Shown here piece by piece: positions 52,909-63,812 of a DNA stretch of 64,000 nt. Position 1 is the first letter of the stretch. Every line of letters begins with the position of its first letter. The stretch covers positions 43,641 through 107,640 of IMG/VR virus record IMGVR_UViG_3300031760_000015. One strand, written 5' to 3'. The position numbers and the translations under genes are program-made. The notes beneath the pieces are model-generated. The model had not been told where the DNA came from. It did no database searches and was given only the letters and a program-made list of their open reading frames with translations. This DNA comes from a virus. Its lineage: Duplodnaviria; Heunggongvirae; Uroviricota; Caudoviricetes.

Positions 52909-55743
52909 ATGAAATTGGGAAAATTAAATAAAAATTTTAAATCAAAAAGAAGAACAAATAATAGACCTTTTATTTTTCCAAATTTTGGTAATTTAATATA
53001 TTATGATAGTTTACAACCAAATTACTTTTATTTTGGCTCATTATTATCAGATTATGAAAGAAATGAACCTAATCCAAGATATGCGCAAATAGCAAATAAT
53101 ATCGGAAATAACGCAAAAGCTATGCTTTCTCAAATTCCAGGAATAGGATTTGAAAATAGTGAAGATAAAAGTGATTTTTATTCTCAATATAAACAAATTA
53201 TTAGTCTTATAGAAGAAGGAATTGCTACAGAAAGAGAAAATGAAGTAAAATTTATTAAAGATAAATTAGCTATGCTAGAAAAAAGTTTTAATCCTAAATA
53301 TATAAAAAGTCATAAGCAAGACCTTACAGTAATAAGAAATTTATTATCAACATTAGGTGAAGGTGAAGGTATTGATTACAACAAACTTATTTCAATAATT
53401 AATATAATACAACAAGGCTTACAAAATACTAAAAGTATTTTTAAATTTGAAGCAGAACATTTACAGAAATTGGAAACAGCTCGCCAAATGAATGCTCAAG
53501 CTCTAGAAAACCAAATGAGAGGATGGGCTCATAAACAAGGAATTGAACAAGAAGCTGATGAAATAGTAAATAAAGCTTTATCAAAACGAAATAAATTAAG
53601 AATTAATACTTATTTAGAAAAGCATAATATTGTAAATTTGCATGGCTTTAAAAAATATATGAAAAATATGGAAACATCTGAAACAATGGTTGCAAAATGG
53701 ATGATGAAAGAAATAAAAAAACAATTAGAAAAAAATTATATTAAATATGATGAAAAAATTTTAATTAATGGTGATCCTCGTTCTAATGGAGAAATCATTA
53801 AAGAATATTTAGTTAATGCTTTAATATTAAAAAGAGAAGAATTACTTCCTAAAATTTTAAAAACTTTATCAGATAATAGTATCGATCATCGCAGCTTAGA
53901 AAGAGATTTATTAAAAAATTTTGATCAAGATTTAAGAATAGAAATTACTGGAACTCCAGAAAATTTTGGAGTTAATAAAAAAAAATTAGCCCTTTTTAAA
54001 GACAGAATTACTCAAAATAATGCTGATACCAGATCTGCACAAGAACTATATAACATTACACAAGATATTATAAAAAGTTTAATGAAAAAAAATCAAGCAG
54101 ATTTATCACCTGAACAACAAGATATAGTGGATAATTTAGGAGATTTTTATCAAGAAGAAATTCAACCTATTGAACAATTAATGAATAAATTGGAAAAAAT
54201 TAATAACCAATTAACAAAAGAAGATGATGTAAAATTTTCCAGAGAAAATAATCAAAAAGATGGTAAATTAATATTAACAATATCTACTAAAGATAAAGGC
54301 AATATTAAAACAAGTACTTTTAATTTAGGTGATGAATTTGAACAAGTCGGATTAGATATTTTTCAAAGTAAACGTGGAAGTTTACCTACAAATTTAAAAT
54401 CTGTTATTACAACTATGAAAAGTGCCTCAAGTAAAAAAATTCGAGATGAAATCGTTAATTTATTAATTAATCAAGAAGATCCAACTGTAAAAAAAGAATT
54501 AGAAGATAATTTAAGTCAAACTTTTCAAAAAATTGAAGTTGCTGTAAAAGGTTCTAGTTTAGAAGAAATAGTTCAAGGTATGGATCATACTTTAACTAAA
54601 AAATTATATACTGGGGGGACTTACGTAAAAAATGATTTTATAGAAATTATAGTTGGTATGCCCAAACTTGAAAATACAAAAGAATTAATGGTAAGAGCTT
54701 TGACTAATCAACTTGAAACTTTAGAACAAAAACCAAGTAAAACATTTAATATATTTTCAGATGTAATGACAGAATTTCAACAAAAATACGCCGATGCGGT
54801 TGAACAAAATATGAAAGAAGTTAGAAGTAAAAAGAAATATACTGATTATGAATTTATGGCAAAACAATTTATTGAAACACAAAAATTAAAAGTTGAAGCT
54901 ATTAAAAAAATTCAAAAAGAATATGAAAAATTAGAAAAAGCTTTTAAAGAAAAATATAAAGACTCAGAAAAACAAGAAAAAAATTTAGAATTATTAAATA
55001 AAGCAAGAGACATGTTTTTACAATCTATTCAAGAAACAATATATGAAAGTTCCACAATGAAAGCCTTTAGAACGTATCAAAATGATATTGGTTTTATTGG
55101 TGGTGATCTAGGCTCAACAGTAAGCAATCAAATTCAATCTTTTAAACAGCTTTTTGAAGCTGGCGGAGTTAATGTTCCAGAAGATTTATGGGATTGGTTA
55201 ACAAGTGCTATTATTAACTGCTCTACAAAAAGTGTAATAGGAGAAAAAAATAAAGATTTTATTGAAAATTATTTAGGTAGTTTAGCATTATTTAGTTTAT
55301 TTAATGAAGGTGGAGCAGAATTAACTTTTTTAAAAGAGCAACTAGAAGGGAAAGATAGTTCTACAAACACAATTATGCATTTATATAAATTAAATGGTAT
55401 ATATTATCCTGGTTCATTTGTTCTAAAACAAGCTTTAAAAAACTTAGTACCTTTTATGGATATAATACAGCAAAAAGATATGGAATTTAAAAATAAAAAT
55501 GTAATGATTTACAATCCTGCTTCATACGATATGCTTCCAAATGGAAAATTTACTAATAAAAAATTCTCAAAGGGTTCAGGGAAAGATAAAGTTGTAAAAA
55601 AACAAGGAGATACTCATCCTTGGCAGACAGTTAGTGAAGAAGTATCTCACGGTACAAAAATAAAAATATTATTTTTAGCTGGATTATTCGATGTCGTCCA
55701 AACATTACAACAAAATTTAGAAAAAATAGAATTGCCTAATTAA
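52909..55743 (+). CDS. large K/E/N-rich alpha-helical protein (944 aa), function unknown
   Basis: ORF track; start moved to ATG 52909 behind AGGTGGTG. Confidence 0.5.
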   Translation: MKLGKLNKNFKSKRRTNNRPFIFPNFGNLIYYDSLQPNYFYFGSLLSDYERNEPNPRYAQIANNIGNNAKAMLSQIPGIGFENSEDKSDFYSQYKQIISLIEEGIATERENEVKFIKDKLAMLEKSFNPKYIKSHKQDLTVIRNLLSTLGEGEGIDYNKLISIINIIQQGLQNTKSIFKFEAEHLQKLETARQMNAQALENQMRGWAHKQGIEQEADEIVNKALSKRNKLRINTYLEKHNIVNLHGFKKYMKNMETSETMVAKWMMKEIKKQLEKNYIKYDEKILINGDPRSNGEIIKEYLVNALILKREELLPKILKTLSDNSIDHRSLERDLLKNFDQDLRIEITGTPENFGVNKKKLALFKDRITQNNADTRSAQELYNITQDIIKSLMKKNQADLSPEQQDIVDNLGDFYQEEIQPIEQLMNKLEKINNQLTKEDDVKFSRENNQKDGKLILTISTKDKGNIKTSTFNLGDEFEQVGLDIFQSKRGSLPTNLKSVITTMKSASSKKIRDEIVNLLINQEDPTVKKELEDNLSQTFQKIEVAVKGSSLEEIVQGMDHTLTKKLYTGGTYVKNDFIEIIVGMPKLENTKELMVRALTNQLETLEQKPSKTFNIFSDVMTEFQQKYADAVEQNMKEVRSKKKYTDYEFMAKQFIETQKLKVEAIKKIQKEYEKLEKAFKEKYKDSEKQEKNLELLNKARDMFLQSIQETIYESSTMKAFRTYQNDIGFIGGDLGSTVSNQIQSFKQLFEAGGVNVPEDLWDWLTSAIINCSTKSVIGEKNKDFIENYLGSLALFSLFNEGGAELTFLKEQLEGKDSSTNTIMHLYKLNGIYYPGSFVLKQALKNLVPFMDIIQQKDMEFKNKNVMIYNPASYDMLPNGKFTNKKFSKGSGKDKVVKKQGDTHPWQTVSEEVSHGTKIKILFLAGLFDVVQTLQQNLEKIELPN

Positions 55744-55832
55744 TAATTTTTTACTTAATTTTATAATTAGTTTTATTACATATCTATAAGGAAGAAATTA
55801 TTTCTTCCATCTTATTGAGGAGGTATGGGCCA

Positions 55833-56258
55833 ATGCAGCAAGTTGTAGAATGGATAGGCAAAAATCTGTGGACAATAATAATTATTGTCTCCATTTTTAT
55901 TCAAATTACACCTATCAAAGTTAATCCCTGGTCTGCCCTTTTCAAATGGATTGGTAAAGCTATAACTGGCAACGCTTGTAGTAAAATTGACGGTTTAATG
56001 GAAAAAGTTGAAAAAATTGAAAAAGATGTTAAAACTAATGAAAAAGATCGCATACGTTGGGAGATTCTAGATTTTGCCAATTCATGCCGCAATGATCGCA
56101 AGCATACAAGAGATGAATTTCAACATATAGTCGCATTAAATGATAAATATAAACGACTATTAAAAGAAACAAATGATAGTAATGGCGTTTTTGAAGTTGA
56201 ATATAATTACATTCAAGATTTGTATGCTGAACGATTAGAAAAAAATGATTTTCTATAA
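55833..56258 (+). CDS. membrane protein (N-terminal TM + coiled coil), possibly lysis-associated
   Basis: ATG 9 nt after GAGGAGG; immediately upstream of holin-like gene. Confidence 0.4.
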   Translation: MQQVVEWIGKNLWTIIIIVSIFIQITPIKVNPWSALFKWIGKAITGNACSKIDGLMEKVEKIEKDVKTNEKDRIRWEILDFANSCRNDRKHTRDEFQHIVALNDKYKRLLKETNDSNGVFEVEYNYIQDLYAERLEKNDFL

Positions 56259-56272
56259 GGAAGGTGAATATT

Positions 56273-56482
56273 ATGGTCTTTACTAAACAATGGTTTAAAG
56301 CCGCAGCTATTCGTGCAATAAGAACTATTGCTCAAACTGCTATTGCAACTATTGGTTCTAGTGCCGCAATAGGTGACGTAAATTGGACCATGGTAGCTTC
56401 CGCTTCTGCGTTAGCTGGCATTTTAAGCCTTCTAACTAGTGTTGCGGGCTTACCAGAAGTAAAAGAAAAGGAAGAGGCTTAA
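56273..56482 (+). CDS. holin-like protein (phi-LC3-type holin family)
   Basis: 69 aa, [22 protein letters not shown] ... two hydrophobic segments, charged C-terminus KEKEEA. Confidence 0.5.
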   Translation: MVFTKQWFKAAAIRAIRTIAQTAIATIGSSAAIGDVNWTMVASASALAGILSLLTSVAGLPEVKEKEEA

Positions 56483-56492
56483 TAGCTTCTTC

Positions 56493-56521
56493 CTTGACTT
56501 TTTTTATTTTTTATAGTATAA
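56493..56521 (+). promoter_or_regulatory. sigma-A-type promoter TTGACT-N17-TATAAT
   Basis: -35 56493-56498, -10 56516-56521. Confidence 0.5.
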
Positions 56522-56552
56522 TATTTTTAAAGAATATAAGGAGGACAATATT

Positions 56553-57071
56553 TTGGAAAAACATAGTAAAGAACGAGTAATTAATTTAGAAGTTTATACA
56601 GATGGTTCTTTAAAGAAAACAGGCGCACAATCTACTTTTGGTGGTTGGGCTTATATTGTTACTCAAGACGGCAAAGAATTATATTTTGCTTCAGGAAATG
56701 AACCAAACACTACTAATCAACGAATGGAATTAATTGCTATTAAAGAAGCTTTAAACTATGTAAAAACTGTCCGACGTAATTCAGAAAAAGTTATTATATA
56801 TAGTGATTCTGCTTATGCAATTAATTGTTATTTACAAGAATGGTACGTAAATTGGCAGTCAAATGGATGGCGAAATGCTAATAAAAAAGAAGTCGCTAAT
56901 CAGGATTTATGGCGAGAAATTATTCCATTTTTTGATAATTTTTGGTATGATTTTAGAAAAGTAGAAGGGCATACAGGGAATTATTGGAATGAAGAATGTG
57001 ATAAACTCGCGCAGAATGAAGCTGATCAATTAAAGAAAACTTGGCGAGGTAATAAAAATGATGATAGATAA
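56553..57071 (+). CDS. rnhA: ribonuclease HI
   Basis: VYTDGS ... RMELIAIKEAL ... YSDSAY ... W..NGW catalytic DEDD arrangement. Confidence 0.7.
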   Translation: MEKHSKERVINLEVYTDGSLKKTGAQSTFGGWAYIVTQDGKELYFASGNEPNTTNQRMELIAIKEALNYVKTVRRNSEKVIIYSDSAYAINCYLQEWYVNWQSNGWRNANKKEVANQDLWREIIPFFDNFWYDFRKVEGHTGNYWNEECDKLAQNEADQLKKTWRGNKNDDR

Positions 57072-57411
57072 AAGTCTTTATGAAGTATCCCGAAATGAAT
57101 ACAAAGGTTTTGTTGAACAAATTAAACCTGAATATAGACGAATTGAAATTGAAAAAGTAGATAAAGAACATACAGCAACAAAAATTTTTAGTATTAATAC
57201 TGGAAAATGTCTTTGTAGTAGGGTTACTTATTCTGCCGATTATGGAGAACCTGAACCAGAAAAATATTATGTTTTTGAAATGCCTGAAAAATATGAACGA
57301 CAAGCTCCTATTCCAAAACAACAATTAATTTTAGAAACAAAAGAAGAAGTTCAAGCTTTTTTTGACTTTCTAGCTAAAAAAATAAAAGAGGAGAATAATA
57401 AAAATGATTGA
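57058..57411 (+). CDS. hypothetical protein
   Basis: ORF track. Confidence 0.45.
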   Translation: MMIDKSLYEVSRNEYKGFVEQIKPEYRRIEIEKVDKEHTATKIFSINTGKCLCSRVTYSADYGEPEPEKYYVFEMPEKYERQAPIPKQQLILETKEEVQAFFDFLAKKIKEENNKND

Positions 57412-57631
57412 ACTTTTTACAAACATTCCTAAAGAAATTAAAACTCAAACAGAATTGGTTGCTAATTTTATTTTTAATACTTTTGATCCGGAATCTGGTT
57501 TAAAATTTATGCAAAGTTATATTTCTTCTTGTCAAGACGAAGAAGAAAGAGATTTTGTCCGTTTTTATTTTAATATGCGTTTAGAACAACTTTTAAATGA
57601 AGGAGAATCTAATGAACAACAATTTATTTGA
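57404..57631 (+). CDS. hypothetical protein
   Basis: ORF track. Confidence 0.45.
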   Translation: MIELFTNIPKEIKTQTELVANFIFNTFDPESGLKFMQSYISSCQDEEERDFVRFYFNMRLEQLLNEGESNEQQFI

Positions 57632-58742
57632 AATGGAACCAATGCGCTATTGGGCTCCTGCTTCATCTATGTCTCCAGAAATAAAACGAGAACATTTAGA
57701 ACAAATGGCTGCAAGTGGTAATTATATTTGGAGTCAAAAATATGATGGTAATTGGTCGCGCGCAGTTATAACTCCAAATAAAGCTGTATTACAAACTCGT
57801 GGTATTTCAAAGAAAACAGGAACTTATGGAGAAATTCAAAATAAAGTTTTCTTTTGGGAAGATGTTATAAAAGGTTTTTATGAAGACACAGTAATTCTTG
57901 GTGAAGTTTATCTTCCTGGTGGAATTGATAAAGATGTCGGTTCAATTCTGCGTTGTTTAGATGATAAAGCTCGTGCACGACAAAAAAATACTAAACTTGA
58001 ATGGAGAATTTTTGATGTTTTAGTGCTAGATGGAATAGATATGATGGACACACCAGTCGAAGAACGTATTAAACATATTCCAGAAGTAGTAAAACGAATG
58101 AATTGCCCATTAATTCGTGGTATTGAATATCACGAAATGAACGAAAACTTCTTTGAGGAATTAAATGATATTTTTGCCGCTGGTGGCGAAGGTGTAGTTT
58201 GTTATAAAAAAACTAGTATTTATGTTCCTGGCAAACGCGGCCCTCATTCTTGGGATACCGTCAAAGTAAAACAAGAAATCTCTGCCGACATTGATTGTTT
58301 TATTACTGGTATTGAACCTGCTGTGCGCGATTATACTGGAAAAGATATTGAAACTTGGAATTTATGGGAAGATGAGCGTACAGGAGAAAAAATAATTGGT
58401 GATTTATATACAGAATATCGTATGGGTCGCGCGATTAGACCAATTTCTAAAGGTTATTATTATGGATGGCCAGGTGCTATATACACTAGTGTTTATGATA
58501 ATAATGGTAATATAATTCCTCTTTGTAAAGTAGCTGGTCTTACTGAAGATTTTAAAACTAAATTGAGAGATAATTTTGATGAATGGAATATGTGTCCATT
58601 AACTATTGGTGGAATGATGGTTTCAACTGCACAAGCAGGAAATGATGGGACCGGTATTTCAATTCGACACCCATATATAAAGAATATTAGAAAGAACGAT
58701 ATTGATATAAAAGATTGTAATTTAGCAAAAATTCTTTCTTAA
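57612..58742 (+). CDS. ATP-dependent DNA ligase
   Basis: motif I SQKYDGNW, motif IV GGEGVVCYK, motif V WDTVKVK; start moved to ATG 57612 behind AAGGAG. Confidence 0.6.
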   Translation: MNNNLFEMEPMRYWAPASSMSPEIKREHLEQMAASGNYIWSQKYDGNWSRAVITPNKAVLQTRGISKKTGTYGEIQNKVFFWEDVIKGFYEDTVILGEVYLPGGIDKDVGSILRCLDDKARARQKNTKLEWRIFDVLVLDGIDMMDTPVEERIKHIPEVVKRMNCPLIRGIEYHEMNENFFEELNDIFAAGGEGVVCYKKTSIYVPGKRGPHSWDTVKVKQEISADIDCFITGIEPAVRDYTGKDIETWNLWEDERTGEKIIGDLYTEYRMGRAIRPISKGYYYGWPGAIYTSVYDNNGNIIPLCKVAGLTEDFKTKLRDNFDEWNMCPLTIGGMMVSTAQAGNDGTGISIRHPYIKNIRKNDIDIKDCNLAKILS

Positions 58743-58791
58743 TATAAATAAATAAAGTCTAAGCCATATAAAATATGGCGAGGAGGAGCTA

Positions 58792-59400
58792 ATGAGTGAC
58801 TTGGAATTTTTAGGGTTTGCTAACGAAGTTAGTACTCTTGATCCTATAATGTACCAATACTTTAATCAACTTTTAAAAAATAGAACTATTGTTTTAAATG
58901 CAGAAATTGATGAAAGTATTTTAGAAACAATAGTATTACCTTTAAAGAATTTTGAACAAGATGGAGATATTATTAATCCTATTAAATTAATTTTAAATAC
59001 CCCAGGGGGCTCTGTGGCTGATGGTTTAATGTTATGTAATGTTATTGACAATTATAAAAAACCATTAGAAATTATTGTCCCTTCTTATGCTTGTAGTATG
59101 GGAACAATTATTCTTTGTTCTGGTAATAATAATCCTAATGTTATTAAAAAATGTTATCCTTTTTCTTTTGCTTTATTTCATTCTGGACAAACTTACGTAG
59201 GTGGAGAATCTACTTCTGTTGACGATGTAATTGATTTTAACCGCGGAGTAGATAATAAAATTAAAGAATATATTATTAAAAATACTAATATTACAGAAGA
59301 ACTTTATGATAAACATCATAGAAAACAATGGTATTTAACCGCAGAAGAAATGTTACAGTATCATCTTGTCGATGAAATAATTGGTAAGGAAAGTGATTAA
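58792..59400 (+). CDS. clpP: ClpP-family serine protease
   Basis: NTPGGSVADGLMLCNVIDNYKKPLEIIVPSYACSMGTIIL matches ClpP core incl. catalytic Ser. Confidence 0.6.
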   Translation: MSDLEFLGFANEVSTLDPIMYQYFNQLLKNRTIVLNAEIDESILETIVLPLKNFEQDGDIINPIKLILNTPGGSVADGLMLCNVIDNYKKPLEIIVPSYACSMGTIILCSGNNNPNVIKKCYPFSFALFHSGQTYVGGESTSVDDVIDFNRGVDNKIKEYIIKNTNITEELYDKHHRKQWYLTAEEMLQYHLVDEIIGKESD

Positions 59401-60616
59401 TGTGATTTATTTTATTGATACAAGCGCCGTATTGGAAGGCGCTTTATCTTTATACGACCATAGTCATATTTATTTAAGCCCATTGGTATTAATGGAATTA
59501 GAAAATTTAAAAACTAATGGTAATGAACATATTAAATTTTGCGCGCGAGAAGCTATTCGTACAATTATTCAATCAGAAATTGCTATGACAACAATTTCCC
59601 AAAGAAAAATTTTAAATGTATTGAAAAAAAATAATTGTTTAATGGACATTAACGATCATAAAATGATCTGTGAAGCTTTAATCTTGAATAATTATAATGA
59701 AGTTATTTTTATAACAAGTGATTGCGCTCAATTATTATTTGCTCGTACTTTAGGATTAAAAACTAATTATTTTATTCCTAAAGAAGAAAAAAAGCAGGAA
59801 GAATATTGCGGTTGGAAAAAATATACTCCATCTGAAGATGAATTAATTTCTTTATATTCTAAACCAAATGAAAATGTTTTAAACGCAAATATTAATGAAT
59901 ATTGTGAAATTTATGAGGAAAAAGAATTAAAAGATGTTCTTCGTTGGACTGGAGAAAAATATACTTCATTAAAATGGTCTAATTTTAAAAATAATTTTTT
60001 AAATAAAAAAATTTCTCCATTAAATTTAGAACAAAAAATGGCTTTTGATTTATTACAAAATAATGATATTGCTGTAAAAATACTTGTTGGATATCCTGGC
60101 ACTGGTAAAGATTACCTAATGTTACTTCATGCTTTAGATTTAATTCAAAAAGGAATTATGGATAAAATTATATTCGTAAGAAATCTTGTTCCATTTAAAG
60201 ACGCCCCTGAAATTGGTTATCTTGCAGGAGATTTACAACAAAAAATTTCTTGGGGACTTGGACCATTAAGTGGTATTCTTGGAGAAGAAGGATTAAATCA
60301 ATATATTGATGAAGGTATAATTGAAGCTGTTAATTTAGGTTTTATTCGTGGCTGTTCTTGGGATAAAACAATTATTTATGTTTCAGAAGGACAAAATATT
60401 ACTGGCGGCGGCTATAAATTATTAATTAGTAGATGCGGTCAAGGCAGTCAATTATGGGTTAATGGAGATATTTTACAAACTGATAGCAAAGAATTTGAAA
60501 AAAATAATGGACTATTAAGACTAAGTAATTCATTAAAAAATAATCCACTTGCAGGAACTGTTAAATTAATTAAAACAGAACGTAGTCCTGTAGCGGAATT
60601 AGCAAAAATTATCTAA
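59381..60616 (+). CDS. phoH: PhoH-like ATPase with N-terminal PIN-like domain (atypical Walker A GYPGTGKD)
   Basis: FIDTSAVLEG N-terminus; GTGK P-loop; phage phoH-like architecture. Confidence 0.45.
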   Translation: MVRKVINVIYFIDTSAVLEGALSLYDHSHIYLSPLVLMELENLKTNGNEHIKFCAREAIRTIIQSEIAMTTISQRKILNVLKKNNCLMDINDHKMICEALILNNYNEVIFITSDCAQLLFARTLGLKTNYFIPKEEKKQEEYCGWKKYTPSEDELISLYSKPNENVLNANINEYCEIYEEKELKDVLRWTGEKYTSLKWSNFKNNFLNKKISPLNLEQKMAFDLLQNNDIAVKILVGYPGTGKDYLMLLHALDLIQKGIMDKIIFVRNLVPFKDAPEIGYLAGDLQQKISWGLGPLSGILGEEGLNQYIDEGIIEAVNLGFIRGCSWDKTIIYVSEGQNITGGGYKLLISRCGQGSQLWVNGDILQTDSKEFEKNNGLLRLSNSLKNNPLAGTVKLIKTERSPVAELAKII

Positions 60617-60645
60617 GAGGGAGATTTCTCCCTCTTTTATTTTTT
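60616..60645 (+). terminator. rho-independent terminator
   Basis: AGAGGGAG-ATTT-CTCCCTCT then TTTATTTTTT. Confidence 0.7.
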
Positions 60646-60672
60646 GACTTTTTTTAAATTTTATGATATAAT
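60644..60672 (+). promoter_or_regulatory. sigma-A-type promoter TTGACT-N17-TATAAT
   Basis: -35 60644-60649, -10 60667-60672. Confidence 0.5.
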
Positions 60673-60683
60673 AAAAGAAAAAG

Positions 60684-60866
60684 GTGAAATATATGAATTT
60701 AAAAAAACAAATTTTAGAATTATTTAGACAGTATTATAATCAAAATGCAGGTCAAACCTATTTAGGATGTAGTAATGAAGAAAAATATAAACTAATTGCT
60801 AAAAGTTTTGATGATCTATTAATGGATATTTATACTTTAGTAAAAAATTATGAAGAAAATATTTAA
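60684..60866 (+). CDS. hypothetical protein
   Basis: ORF track. Confidence 0.45.
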   Translation: MKYMNLKKQILELFRQYYNQNAGQTYLGCSNEEKYKLIAKSFDDLLMDIYTLVKNYEENI

Positions 60867-61560
60867 TCAAACAGTATTATATTCTTCAAAAGAAATTATT
60901 CAAAAATGTGAAGAATTATCTAAAAAATCTTGGAGGAAAAATATGGCGAATAAAACTCAAATACTTAAAATACTCGGCGATTGGCAAGATGTAGTAGATG
61001 ATTGCCGAGCGACAGTTAGTAAACCACCACTTGGTAAAGAACCTTCTACAAAATTTAAGAAAAGTATTTTAATATCGGAACATAGTCCAATTCGTGATAT
61101 TATTTTTCGTTGGAAATGGAGCGGAATTAAATCTTGGGTAGCAACACATTGGGTTCGTCATCATTGGGAGTGTCGTGTATCTACACAACGTAATGATAGA
61201 CAAGATAAATATGATAGAAATAAAGCACCTCAAGATGCTCCAGTTGATTTTGTTGGGCAAGCTAATACACAAAGTTTAATTGATACAGAACGTAAACGTT
61301 TATGTACTATGGCCGCAAAAGAAACCCGTGAACAAGCAGAAGATTTAAAATGTACAATTCATGAAGTTCAGCCAGAAATTGGTGATGTTTTAGTTCCTAA
61401 TTGTATTTATAGAGGTGGTTGTCCAGAAGGAGAAAATAATTGTCATTGGTATGACCATCCAGAGCGTGGCTTCCTTGCGCGACATCCAGAAATTACACCT
61501 TTTACAACATTACAAGAACGTTATGATATTTATAATAAAGAATTTTATGAATCACATTGA
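60850..61560 (+). CDS. ThyX-like (flavin-dependent thymidylate synthase-like) protein with degenerate motif
   Basis: THWVRHHWECRVSTQRN resembles ThyX THQxVRHRxxSxxxxSQRY. Confidence 0.4.
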   Translation: MKKIFNQTVLYSSKEIIQKCEELSKKSWRKNMANKTQILKILGDWQDVVDDCRATVSKPPLGKEPSTKFKKSILISEHSPIRDIIFRWKWSGIKSWVATHWVRHHWECRVSTQRNDRQDKYDRNKAPQDAPVDFVGQANTQSLIDTERKRLCTMAAKETREQAEDLKCTIHEVQPEIGDVLVPNCIYRGGCPEGENNCHWYDHPERGFLARHPEITPFTTLQERYDIYNKEFYESH

Positions 61561-61879
61561 TTTTTCTAATTTTGAAGAAGTTAAAAAAGCTTTTCCAGTT
61601 GATTCTACAATAAAAATTTGTGGTCGAACTATTTTAATTACCGGCTATTATTATGATACATATAATTGGTGGCCTATTAATGTTGTTGAAGGCTTTAATG
61701 AAGAAATTAAAAAGGATTTATTAAAAAATAATTGGTTTAATAAACTATTATCAATTCAAAATGGAGACTACGGTTTTTCAATAAAAGAAAATGTAGAACA
61801 ATATTTAAAAAATTCAAAAATATTAGATATTTTTCTAAAAGAAAATTTAGAAGGAACTTCTGCTCCTCCTTTATTTTAA
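61548..61879 (+). CDS. hypothetical protein
   Basis: internal ATG overlapping upstream stop; the track ORF would overlap ThyX-like by 146 nt. Confidence 0.4.
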
Positions 61880-61902
61880 TTTTTATTTGGAGGTATAATA
61901 TT

Positions 61903-62172
61903 ATGGAAACAAATACTGCACAAATCAAATTTAAAGATTTAACTAGAGATTTCCTAGAAGATTTTATTTCAAAAATGAATAAAGAAGATAAGAAAAAATT
62001 AAAAGAATATATTGAAGATAATCCTAAAGACTCATCTAGCGCTTTTTTTAGTATGGTAAAAAGTTATATTTATAATTATTATTTCCGCGCTAAGCCAACC
62101 TCACAAACAAAAAAGAATAATTTTGTTGATGTTATAGATAATTTATTGGCAGATGTAGAAAATGAAGAATAA
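61903..62172 (+). CDS. hypothetical protein
   Basis: ORF track; RBS GGAGG. Confidence 0.5.
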   Translation: METNTAQIKFKDLTRDFLEDFISKMNKEDKKKLKEYIEDNPKDSSSAFFSMVKSYIYNYYFRAKPTSQTKKNNFVDVIDNLLADVENEE

Positions 62173-63010
62173 TTTTGTTAAAAGTCCTATGAATTGGCCA
62201 GGTGGAAAATATAAACTTTTACCACAAATAATCCCACTTTTCCCTCCGCAAATAAATAATTTTATTGATTTATTTGCGGGAGGGCTTGATGTATCTTGTA
62301 ATGTTTTAGCAAATCATATTTTTTCTAATGATATTGATAGTTCTATAATCAGTATTTATAAAGCTTTTCAAACTATAAAATATGAAGATTTAATTAAGTT
62401 TATAGAAAAACGAATTAAAGAATTTAATTTAACTAAGTGGAATTATGAAGGATATATTAAATATAGAAGCTTATATAATAAAGGCGAAGAATATTGTACA
62501 CCATTAGATTTATTTGTTTTATCACGTTTTTCTTATAATAATTTAATTGAAATTAAAAATAATAAATGTAATAGTGCTTTCGGTTATGATCATTCTGATT
62601 TCAATTTAACTCAAAAAGCACATACAAAATTTTTACATCAAAAAATACAAAATTTTACTTTTTCATCTTTAAATTTTTCAGATTATAATCTTGATCCTTT
62701 TGGGAAAAATGATTTTTTATATGTAGACCCACCATATTTAACAAGTGGAAATGTGTATAAAAATATTATAAAATGGGATGAAAATAAAGAATATGAATTA
62801 TATAAATATTTAGATGAAGCAAATAAAAGAGGAATTAAATGGGGATTATCTAATTTAATTTCTCATAAAGGAGAAGTGAATGAAATATTAGAAAAATGGT
62901 CCTATAATTATAATATTCATGATGTTTATTCTAATTATTCTAATTCTTTTCATAATCATAAAAAAACTAAAGATGATTTTACTATAGAAATTTTTGTAAC
63001 AAATTATTAA
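62162..63010 (+). CDS. dam: DNA adenine (N6) methyltransferase, Dam/D12 class
   Basis: NWPGGKYKLLPQI (motif I-like) and DPPY motif IV. Confidence 0.75.
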   Translation: MKNNFVKSPMNWPGGKYKLLPQIIPLFPPQINNFIDLFAGGLDVSCNVLANHIFSNDIDSSIISIYKAFQTIKYEDLIKFIEKRIKEFNLTKWNYEGYIKYRSLYNKGEEYCTPLDLFVLSRFSYNNLIEIKNNKCNSAFGYDHSDFNLTQKAHTKFLHQKIQNFTFSSLNFSDYNLDPFGKNDFLYVDPPYLTSGNVYKNIIKWDENKEYELYKYLDEANKRGIKWGLSNLISHKGEVNEILEKWSYNYNIHDVYSNYSNSFHNHKKTKDDFTIEIFVTNY

Positions 63011-63029
63011 TATATTTAGGAGAAAAAAA

Positions 63030-63206
63030 ATGATTTGTGAAAATTGTCCCTATGGGAAACTAGTACAAATTGATTCATTAATTTGGATGGTACAATGTTC
63101 TATTGAAGATGTCTTAATGGCGCGCGAAGATGAGTGTTTTTTTCCTGACAACACTTTAAAAGAGAGTAATTATGCAATTAAACGAAAAACACATGAAAAC
63201 AATTAA
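63030..63206 (+). CDS. small Cys-containing hypothetical protein (58 aa)
   Basis: RBS AGGAGAAAAAAAATG. Confidence 0.35.
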   Translation: MICENCPYGKLVQIDSLIWMVQCSIEDVLMAREDECFFPDNTLKESNYAIKRKTHENN

Positions 63207-63344
63207 AATGTTTAATCAAGCATTTTACCGTTCAGGTTTTCATAAAAAAAGAAAAATAAGAAAGAAAAATCGTCAACGAGCTTTATATATGTTAAGAAGA
63301 GGAAATCAAATCCCGAGAAAAGAATGGAGGAAATATATTAAAAA

Positions 63345-63746
63345 ATGAATTTTTTTCAGCGTCTTTTAATTTTATTTATTATGATCTTCTGTCATTTAAT
63401 TGATGATTATAAACTTCAAGGTATTCTCGCAAATATGAAGCAGCATCAATGGTGGAAAGAAAATGCTAATAAATACATATATCGAAATGATTATAAAGTA
63501 GCTTTAGTAGAGCATGCTTTTAGTTGGTCTTTTATGATAACCTTACCATTTTTAATTATTTCTTTTATTCAGAATAATTCATTCTTAATGATTTTATTAA
63601 TTATTAGTTATTTTATAAATACTATAATTCACGCTTTTATTGATAACTTAAAAGCTAATAAATATGTAATTAATTTAATAGAAGATCAATTCGCGCATTT
63701 AATACAAATTATTTGTACTTGGATTATTTTAATGGCAGTAATTTAA
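63345..63746 (+). CDS. integral membrane protein (3-4 TM helices)
   Basis: ORF track; hydrophobic segments. Confidence 0.5.
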   Translation: MNFFQRLLILFIMIFCHLIDDYKLQGILANMKQHQWWKENANKYIYRNDYKVALVEHAFSWSFMITLPFLIISFIQNNSFLMILLIISYFINTIIHAFIDNLKANKYVINLIEDQFAHLIQIICTWIILMAVI

Positions 63747-63812
63747 AAAATAGAAATATACTTATCTAAAAAAGATAAGAATATTTCTTTTTATCAGAGG
63801 TGTGGGAATATT